DNA of 22,849 nt from assembly GCA_965644295.1 (NCBI GenBank), contig CBFFRP010000163.1:1-22849 (forward strand). The letters are read 5' to 3'. This stretch comes from Paraphysomonas bandaiensis (lineage: Eukaryota; Protista; Chrysophyceae). A model generated the notes under the pieces. That model searched no databases and had not been told where the DNA came from. It was given only the letters and a program-made list of their open reading frames with translations. The position numbers and the translations under genes were made by a program. The first letter of the stretch is position 1. Each line of letters starts with the position of its first letter. Positions 1 through 8,155 of the stretch are shown piece after piece.

Positions 1-1707
1 GCTAAGCTCTTCGTTGTCCCGTGATTTGAACGAATGCCTGGTTATCTTCGCCTTGGCACACCATTTACACAGGGGTTTCTTGCAACTCTTCTCCTTTGCC
101 TTCGAAAGGTGATGTCGTTGTAGTCCTGATCCTCTGAATAACATGTGTCGGTGAGCTTCTATTAACTTCGATTTCGAGACATGTCCAGTACGCTCATGTA
201 AGCGATCCAACGCATCTTGTCCTGTATTATCCGACAAATTTACCTCCTCCATCTGATTGCACATAGACACATTTGGCAGATTTAACACCTCCATCAAGTC
301 CACATACGGCATTCCTCCATGCTCATCGTACTCTCCAGTCAACACCTCGTTTCCAGAGTCCAATTCCACGATTTTAGGCTTTCGAAGCAGTTGTAATCCG
401 TATCCCATTGATCTCAGCATTCCTCCTGACACAATGTTCTTCACCGCTTCTTCACTAACTCTGATGTCTCTCCATTCCCCGAATGTACCAGTTCCCTGTG
501 TCTCCAATTGAGAACCCTTTCTAGTTAGTTGGATTGCCCCAAACTCAGGAGTAAATGACTCCAGTGCAATTTTATCCTTTACTATAAACAGTCTTTTACT
601 TGCACAACTGTCCAGATATACACGAGGTTCTTCCGACGTATCCACCGATAGCAAAACCTCTTCTCCAAACATATTCGCTTCATCATCCGACGACTCTCCG
701 TCGTTGACGTATTTCTTCCATTCTGTCTCGAATTTCCTGTTCGATTTTCGAGGATTCTCATTATCCGGGTTTTTTATGTTCTTCCGTTTTTTCGACTTGC
801 ACTGTCGGGCTTTATGACTAAAATCTCCACAGATATGACAACCAGTATAATCCTTTGATCCTGGCTGCTGCACACTCTTCGAAGCTTTTTCCTTTGTCTT
901 CCCTTTTCTTTTGAACTTGTCCATTTTTCTTTGTCGTTCCTTAGCATAACAATTCGCTGCTACATGTCCCTTCTTCCGACAAAATGAACAAACCACTGGC
1001 TCCTTCGACGCCGTAAAATTGATCTCTTCAGATTTGTCTCCCTTTAGTTTCTTCAGCTGCGTCATAGCCTCGTCATACTCTTCACAAGCCTCTTTCACCG
1101 AATCAAATGTAGTTGTTGCTTTAGGCATCATCGCTACCGACATCCATAAATCATGTAATTCCTCTATCTGCAGCGCTGCTTTTATCTTTGCTAATTTACT
1201 TGCCTCTGTCTGCGGTTGTCCCAATTTTATGAGCTTCTGGATTATACCGTTCAGTCGATCTACCCCAACAGACACCTTTTCCCCCGGCCTTATTTTGAAC
1301 GAATGGTATTCTGCCGTAGTCTTCTCCAATACAGTCCCAATCTCGCCTCTGAACCTATCAACCAGTGTCTGAAGGAGCTCACTGGATAACACCTCCTTAG
1401 CAGGATCATCAGCAGGTAAAATTGCCTTCCCCTCCAAATATTGATTGGCTACCTCCAACACATCAGGGTCATGCTCGCAAGCCTCCCAAATAGTACTAAC
1501 ACAGGTATCATTACGCTCTCTCCATGACTCTAAATTCCTTCCTCCGGCTGGCGGGTCCTCCAAGCCAAGATGGTTTCGGTTTTTCTTCATTAGATGCATC
1601 TTGATTTTTCTCGCTGAATAGTCTGCTTGGTTCTTGTCAAACCGTAGCTTCTTGTCATCTTCCCCATCCCTACAACTAGCATTCGCTACCATAACAGAAG
1701 TTGACAT
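1..1707 (-). CDS. Partial Gag-Pol polyprotein of Copia-A (569 codons in window, no stop)
   Basis: Hand translation MSTSVMVANASCRDGEDDKK... shows two CCHC knuckles (CSFCRKKGHVAANC, CHICGDFSHKARQC), protease YLDSCASKRLF and the integrase Zn-binding region LHERTGH...CKWC. It is absent from the ORF track because it runs off the edge. Confidence 0.92.
   Translation of the reverse strand, partial: MSTSVMVANASCRDGEDDKKLRFDKNQADYSARKIKMHLMKKNRNHLGLEDPPAGGRNLESWRERNDTCVSTIWEACEHDPDVLEVANQYLEGKAILPADDPAKEVLSSELLQTLVDRFRGEIGTVLEKTTAEYHSFKIRPGEKVSVGVDRLNGIIQKLIKLGQPQTEASKLAKIKAALQIEELHDLWMSVAMMPKATTTFDSVKEACEEYDEAMTQLKKLKGDKSEEINFTASKEPVVCSFCRKKGHVAANCYAKERQRKMDKFKRKGKTKEKASKSVQQPGSKDYTGCHICGDFSHKARQCKSKKRKNIKNPDNENPRKSNRKFETEWKKYVNDGESSDDEANMFGEEVLLSVDTSEEPRVYLDSCASKRLFIVKDKIALESFTPEFGAIQLTRKGSQLETQGTGTFGEWRDIRVSEEAVKNIVSGGMLRSMGYGLQLLRKPKIVELDSGNEVLTGEYDEHGGMPYVDLMEVLNLPNVSMCNQMEEVNLSDNTGQDALDRLHERTGHVSKSKLIEAHRHMLFRGSGLQRHHLSKAKEKSCKKPLCKWCAKAKITRHSFKSRDNEELS
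1683..1691 (-). promoter_or_regulatory. Primer-binding site of Copia-A (initiator-Met tRNA type)
   Basis: TGGTAGCGA, shared with the B/C PBS. Confidence 0.7.
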
Positions 1708-1984
1708 TATTTGCTAAGGTTTACTATTCTCAACTGATAAGATGAAATTATAAACATTACATGATAAAGAACCTAAGTTGTGTTCGATGTGTTCAACACC
1801 ATTCATTTACTACTATAGTGTACAAACCACACACTCAGTGATCGTATCCTGTATAGTCACCCACTTCTACTTCAGTTTCATACTACACAATATAATGTAC
1901 TAATTACATACATATCTTTCGATCCTTGCATCTCACATAATACTGCACTCAATTGCAAGTATATAGAATCTTCAGATCTCAACA
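1692..1984 (-). repeat. Putative 5' LTR of Copia-A
   Basis: Lies between TGTTG (1984) and the PBS; 293 bp, the same size as the B/C LTRs. The inner boundary is unverified because the partner LTR is outside the window. Confidence 0.7.
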
Positions 1985-2017
1985 TTCTGAGGAAATAGTA
2001 TTACTCCGAAAAACTAT

Positions 2018-2311
2018 TGTTGAGAAACGCTCATTTTACACTAGATCACAGAGAGAATTTGTCGTAAGACTAGATAGATTTATTAATATCGTTTACACGA
2101 AGTTGTGATAACCAACACTAACTCATTATAATCCCTGCATAATATCCTACATATGCGAACCTCTCGTTACTGAACATATCTTGAACGATCAAACTATTTC
2201 AGTTTCTCAATATCATCACAGCATTTGTACATCACTATATTTCACTGTATTCTCGTACATTGTCTTGAAGTGACATACTGAATATACTAGAATAAGATCC
2301 ATATTCTAATA
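2018..2311 (-). repeat. 3' LTR of Copia-B
   Basis: Direct repeat of 7231-7524; element-sense termini TATTAG...CTCAACA. Confidence 0.97.
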
Positions 2312-2320
2312 CTCCCACTC
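2312..2320 (-). promoter_or_regulatory. Polypurine tract of Copia-B
   Basis: GAGTGGGAG directly abuts the 3' LTR; identical in Copia-C. Confidence 0.85.
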
Positions 2321-2490
2321 AATGTAGAATGCAGTGAGATAAAACAACAGTGATCACAATAATCTGATAATGCTATGACTATCTAGTCCCATAGGTAAAA
2401 ACAGATGTGAAATCTTTTAAAGATACATATATATCTAGCAGTCAACTAGATATACAGTTATGTGGGATTTTCACCCACTAAAACACACCT

Positions 2491-5400
2491 TTAACCTCTT
2501 CGGGGTCGTTTCTTCTGCTGCTCCTCCACACTGTTAGACACACTCCTCTTAACCCCGGTAATCGTTTTCTCATGACGGCTGAAGATCTTCGTGGACAACG
2601 CCTTTGTAAAAATATCGGCCGCCATATCATCCGTAGATACATGAATCAACTTTGCTGTAGGAAATTTTCCATTAACATGTTCTCTTATCCAGTGATACTT
2701 GATGTCAATATGCTTCGACCTCTTATGATACACTGGATTCTCTGAAAGATCCTTTGCACTCTTACTATCCATAAAGAATGGAGTCGGCTTCGCTACCAAG
2801 AGTCCGAGCTCCTTGAACACCCCCGAAGCCACACCAGTTCTTGCAAAGCCGCATACTCCGCCATATACTCAGATTCCATGCTCGAAGTCGCAACTGTGGT
2901 CTGAAGCTTGGACTGCCAGGCCAATGCGCCCGCACATAAAAACACGATGTATCCCGTTGTGGATCGCCGAGTCATCCTATCCCCAGCCCAGTCTGAATCA
3001 CTGAATACATGTAAATCAAACTCACTCCCACTGAATCTGATTCCCTTATCAACTGTACCACGTAAATATTTCAACAAATGAATAGCTAATCTGCAAGTCG
3101 CATATGTTGGAGAAGTACTAAATCGAGCCAATAACCCCACAGCGTAAGCCAAATCAGGTCTAGTGTGAATCGCCAAATGCAACACCGCTCCAATAATTCC
3201 TCTATACGGAAATGATTCGACCCACTGCTTCTGCTCCTCCGTCAGCTCACGTTGCTCTGCCAACAAGTCCTGAACATTGGTAGGTAGTGGAGTCTCCTTA
3301 TTCTTACTGCTCTTTCCCATAAACGAACTGAATTTCTTGACAATATTCTTGGCATATTCCGATTGATCTAACATGTACCAGTCCTCGCCTCTCGTGATTC
3401 TGATATTCAGAAACCGTTTGCACACACCCAGATCATGCATTTCAAACGTTTCGCAGAACCTACGTTTAACACTTTCTAAGTAGGTGAGATCAGCAGATGC
3501 AATGATAATATCATCAACATATATCAGCAATAAGTGCAATTGACCATTACTCCATCGCATATACAAGCATGTATCTAAAATGCAAGCAGTAAAATGTAAC
3601 GATTTGATAAACTTGTCAATATGCTTGTTCCACTGCCTCGGTGATGACCGCAAACCATATAAGGCCTTGATCAATTGAAAACACCACCCCGCTGGCAACT
3701 CTTCATCAGGTGGAGGTGCCATATACACATCCTCTTCAAGATCGGCATAACAAAACGCTGATGATACGTCCAACTGATGTACATGCATATGAAACATAAA
3801 GGCAATTGCAAGAACCAGTCGAATGGTTATTCCTTTGACCACTGGAGCAAACGTGGACTGCTCCTCCTCCGTTTTTTCTTGTAGATTCCCTAATGCAACC
3901 AGCCGCGCCTTATACTTGACTACGTTCCCCAGAAGGTCTCTCTTCACCGTGTGAACATACTTTGCTCGCACCAACTTCACTCCTCGTGGAGTCCGCACAA
4001 TCTTTAAGACACGTCTCTTCAGTAGTGAGGTCTTCTCCACCTTCCGAGCTTCTCTCCACTTCATGTACTGTGGAGATCTCTCTGCTTCAGCATAGGAGTC
4101 TGGTGTCTTAAAATCATCATGTTGAAACTCTGCATGTTTAAAGTTAACAGTGCATGCATCTGGCACCTCAACCATATTTATTTCTCCTAACACCGATGCG
4201 TTCGCCAACCTACGCTGTAGCCGTTTCCGCCGTACACGACCATCACCATCTAGTTCAATAGGTCGTCTAGTAGTTATATACGAACCCATACCTTGCTCAT
4301 CCTGAGCCCGCAAATCTTGCGGTGTGGGAGGAGCCCCGCTCGCATCCCCAGACCCATGGTCTGTCAAGGTCTGCAACCTCACGACTGTCTGTTGACAGGT
4401 TGGGTCGGGACTCTCCTGGAACCCTCCAGGTCTTCCCTGGTCCAGCTCCCTGGCTGGCGTAGTACTCAGGGCGTCCCCCTTTCCTATGTACCCGGTATTC
4501 CCGGGGGTTTCTGCAGTCATACGCACCACGTCTTCGACGTGTATAGGCACCCGGTGCTCTATATGCTCGCGACCTGCAGTAACAAGTGAACGGTATGCTA
4601 CAATCACACCCTTACGTTCTACAACTCTTGTTGTCTTGTACAGAAGTCCGTCCTCATCATCAATATGATACGTTCCTTCTAAGCTGACATAGTCGGATGC
4701 AAGCTTGGGTCTAGCGGCCTCCCGCACTCGAAGAGCATCAATCTCTGCGAAATACTTCTCTGATCGTGATGGCGTTGACTCATCAGTCAATATATGGACT
4801 GTAGTCACCACCTTGTTTGATTCAGGAAGATATACATGGTATCCTACCTTCTCATCAGAGTAACCCATTAAATATCCAACTAGAGCCTTATCCTCCCAAT
4901 CCTTTCGTCGATCCGCCTTCGGTGAAAGAACATAAGTTCGACACCCCCATACCCTAAGATATCTCAAATTTGGAGGCTCACCCGTTAGAAACTCTATAGG
5001 AGACATATACCCTTTATCTGTTTTCGTTGGCAATCGAATCAAAATATATCTGGCTGCCATGTATGCATCCAGCCAAAATTGCGGTGGCAGTCCAGATTGG
5101 ATTAGCATTGCAAGAGTCATCTCTCCAGCAGTTCTGAACTTCCTCTCCTCTATGGCATTCATTTCTGGAGAGTCTGTTGAGCTCCACGTATGTTGATAGC
5201 ACTCCTGTGTCCTAAGATACTGACGCAGCTCTTCACTGATTAACTCTCTTGCACCATCTGCATGATAGTGCTCCATCTTGAGCTTGTACCTTCTAACATC
5301 TCCTCTAAATAGCTCTTTGAAGACTTCTAAGATCGCTTCCCCAGTTCTGTGGACTAAACCCGTCGCCCAGAACATTTTGCTGGCATGATGCGTTATCTTT

Positions 5401-7247
5401 AACACATACCTCTCACCTCCTCTAGCAGGACAATTTAAGTACACAGCGATATCTGCTGAAAAATTCGGTCTAACGGAATTCTCGTCCTTCGTTCGGAAGC
5501 TGACTCGGGTTATCTTAGACCTGGCACACACATCACACAAACACTGATTTTTGTGTACCTTGGCTGTGAGGTGTTTCCGTTTCAACCCTGTACCCATGAT
5601 GAGCATCCTCTTATGTGCCTCTACTAAAGCATGTTTGTTGAAGTGACCCGCTCTCCGATGCAGCAACTCCAGCTCGTCCTCACCAGTCCTATCGCTAAGA
5701 TTTACTTCACAATTACTCGGTGTAGACACATCTGGAAGCTCCAACAGCTGCTGAGTTGGAACTGCAGTCATTCCATTCTTCATGGGTCCCTCCAGTACCA
5801 GTTCACCAGTATTACAGTCATAAATTTGGATCCCATACCACACCGTGAATCGATAGCCCATTTCGTTCAGCTTACGTCCGGAGCACAGGCATCGATTGAT
5901 CTGATCTGAAATTTCTATGTCTCTCCATGCTCCACGGGAACCCACACTTGTGATATGAATCTCTGATCCCTTCTTAGAGCCGTTTATCACCTTTGATGTA
6001 TTCATATGAGTGTCAAGCATGGTCACATCATTCATCAAGAACATTGATGATGAACAGCAGGTGTCAATATATGTATAATGCATGTCATCATTTACACTAC
6101 ATATATTCGTTTCATGTATATTGCATGACAATTTCATAACATCCTCGATCATATTTGCTTCATCTTCATCAGAGAATTCTGCTGGTTCTCCACGCCGTAT
6201 ATTCTCTACTGTCAGTAGCCTTTTGTCCGGCTTCCTACCATGATTCTTCCCTTTCTCTCCTCTTCTAGAATGCTTTTTCTTCGTCGTTGGACAATCAGCA
6301 GCAAGATGTTCCAGAGACTTGCAATTTCTGCATCCCGTGTATTCAGCACTTCCAGGACGCTGCCCTGATATCTCTCCATCCTTCTTCCTCTGCTTCCTCC
6401 TGCACTGTTCAGTTGAATGGCTATGAGGAATTCCTTCTTTCCTGCAATATCTACAGTTGCCCTTCTTACGCTTATCCCGTTCCGTTCGAGACCGTTTGCT
6501 CTTTTCAATGAAATTCAGCTCCTCCACCTTCTTGCGTTTCCGCTCTAACGCAATCCTTCCAGGAATGGTATCATCATACCGTTCTATCTTCCTTGATAAT
6601 GTTGCATAATCAACATCATCAGGCATCAAATACAAAGCAACATTCAGAGGAGCATATTCTTCATTCAACAGACCTTCTCGTAACCGTGTTATTTTTGAGA
6701 GCTCCGATATGTCCTGCTGCTGCTCCTGTAGCTCTTTCAGCAGTATTTCAAACCGTATTATATAGTCCTTCGCAGTCTCCTCCGGACGCATACGGAAAGA
6801 GCCATACTGAGTCAACAGTTCACTGATCTTGTTTTGCTTCCCTCCAGCAAAGCACTTCTTCAACTCATCAATCATAATATGCGCCTTAAACCTGTTGCTT
6901 CCTTTTCCATCAGCCTTGAACCCTTTATGTAGAAGATGGAATTTCTGAAGCGCCTTCGAAGATGTTTGCACTGCCTCTCTGCAGTACGAATACGCTATGG
7001 CATTCGCCTTCCAGTACTTCTTCACAGCCTGTCTGTAAGACTTTTCCTCCATTAACGTGAGTGGCTGTTCCCCAAAGTCGCTTTCCTTCGGTGGTGGCTC
7101 CACCGCTACTTCACTTTGCTCTTTCCTCATGAGGAATGTTTCGAAGTCCTCAATCCATTGTTCAACATTGCTCTCATTAAACTGTGGCACTACTCCTCTA
7201 TCCTCCTTCTCTCCTCCTCGCTCGCTACCATGTTGAGAAACGCTCAT
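2491..7247 (-). CDS. Gag-Pol polyprotein of Copia-B, with a 1-bp frameshift in RNase H at 2820-2824
   Basis: ORFs 2793-7247 plus 2491-2832. Motifs: CCHC knuckle, YIDTCCSS protease, HHCC, integrase D-D-E (ADI / HADG / EERK), RT HQLDVSSAF, LYGL and YVDD, RNase H SDSDWAG, SSMESEY and ADIFTK. It has a C5 run where Copia-C has C6. Confidence 0.95.
4301..4470 (-). other. Candidate cis-acting structured RNA element within the IN-RT linker of Copia-B
   Basis: Closing stem plus about eight small hairpins, with covariation against Copia-C 15699-15868 (see findings). Confidence 0.7.
7220..7230 (-). promoter_or_regulatory. Primer-binding site of Copia-B
   Basis: TGGTAGCGAGC immediately after the LTR CA. 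TGG-T-A implies CCA, A73 and U72, i.e. the A1:U72 pair of initiator tRNA-Met. Confidence 0.85.
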
Positions 7248-7524
7248 TTTACACTAGATCACAGAGAGAATTTGTCGTAAGACTAGATAGATTTATTAAT
7301 ATCGTTTACACGAAGTTGTGATAACCAACACTAACTCATTATAATCCCTGCATAATATCCTACATATGCGAACCTCTCGTTACTGAACATATCTTGAACG
7401 ATCAAACTATTTCAGTTTCTCAATATCATCACAGCATTTGTACATCACTATATTTCACTGTATTCTCGTACATTGTCTTGAAGTGACATACTGAATATAC
7501 TAGAATAAGATCCATATTCTAATA
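7231..7524 (-). repeat. 5' LTR of Copia-B (contains the gag ATG at 7247)
   Basis: Direct repeat of 2018-2311. Confidence 0.97.
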
Positions 7525-7600
7525 ACTATGAGTGGGCATATAGTCAGCAGATAATTTAATGCCCAATCATAGCCAAATGCTTGTGTGGCACAAGGGACAC

Positions 7601-8155
7601 TAAAGTCGAGGAGGTAATACCAAAACCTGGTGAAATGTATAAAACCTGGTGAAAGTTTTGATGATGGTTGGAAAAGGGTATAACTATGCACAATAAGATA
7701 TATTATGAAGATATATTAACAGTGTGAAAAGTATTATATTTATAATATTTTTTACTAATTTCTTCCATATTATTTCAGTTTTACAGCTATAAAAGTCACC
7801 GACTACACATATATATTACATACAGTTCACAAGTATGAACTATAACCATCTCACTACACACCCATATACCATATTACTATGCCTCACTATACCATCTCAC
7901 TATATTATACCACTTTACCATATACCATATAACTATACATCATTCTATACCATCTCACTATATTATACCACTATACCATCTCACTATACACTTGTAACGC
8001 AATAAATACTGCTAATAACAACTATACTTGCGACTTTTTCTTTATCTTTAACCTCTCAGATACAAATTACAGTAAATAATAACTCAATACTTAGATATTA
8101 TGAAACTTGGTGAAATTTCTTTACCAGGTTTTGTTTTGGTATTACCTCGACTTTA
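7601..8155. mobile_element. Putative non-autonomous TIR element (MITE-like)
   Basis: Imperfect ~35-bp TIRs TAAAGTCGAG(GAG)GTAATACCAAAAC(AAAAC)CTGGT, four subterminal AAACCTGGTGAAA-like motifs, possible TA TSD and an AT-rich non-coding interior. Confidence 0.72.
7839..7990. repeat. Degenerate minisatellite built of CTATACCATCTCACTATA / TATACCA units
   Basis: The motif recurs at about 7887, 7946 and 7971, and the + strand is almost G-free here. Confidence 0.8.

Larger units (their letters stand above)
1..1984 (-). mobile_element. Copia-A: 5' part of a Ty1/copia LTR retrotransposon, running off the left edge
   Basis: Minus strand begins TGTTGAG at 1984, followed by about 293 bp of LTR-like AT-rich sequence, PBS TGGTAGCGA, and an open gag-PR-IN frame. 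It is divergent from Copia-B/C. Confidence 0.92.
2018..7524 (-). mobile_element. Copia-B: full-length Ty1/copia LTR retrotransposon (5507 bp)
   Basis: Two 294-bp LTRs identical by eye, TSD ACTAT at 2013-2017 and 7525-7529, PBS, PPT, and gag-PR-IN-RT-RH domain order. Confidence 0.98.

Noticed and set aside
257-1372. Plus-strand ORFs at 257-511 and 1019-1372, and similar short ORFs opposite the other genes
   Set aside because: Shadow ORFs antisense to real coding frames.
4293-4668. Antisense ORFs over the IN-RT linker (98 aa and 60 aa; 85 aa at 15603-15860) as the cause of nucleotide conservation
   Set aside because: They have non-ATG or inconsistent starts, and their frames and stops are not shared between B and C. 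Base-pair covariation explains the constraint better.
7839-7990. CRISPR-like or telomeric repeat
   Set aside because: Irregular low-complexity units without unique spacers or a fixed period, in a eukaryotic context.
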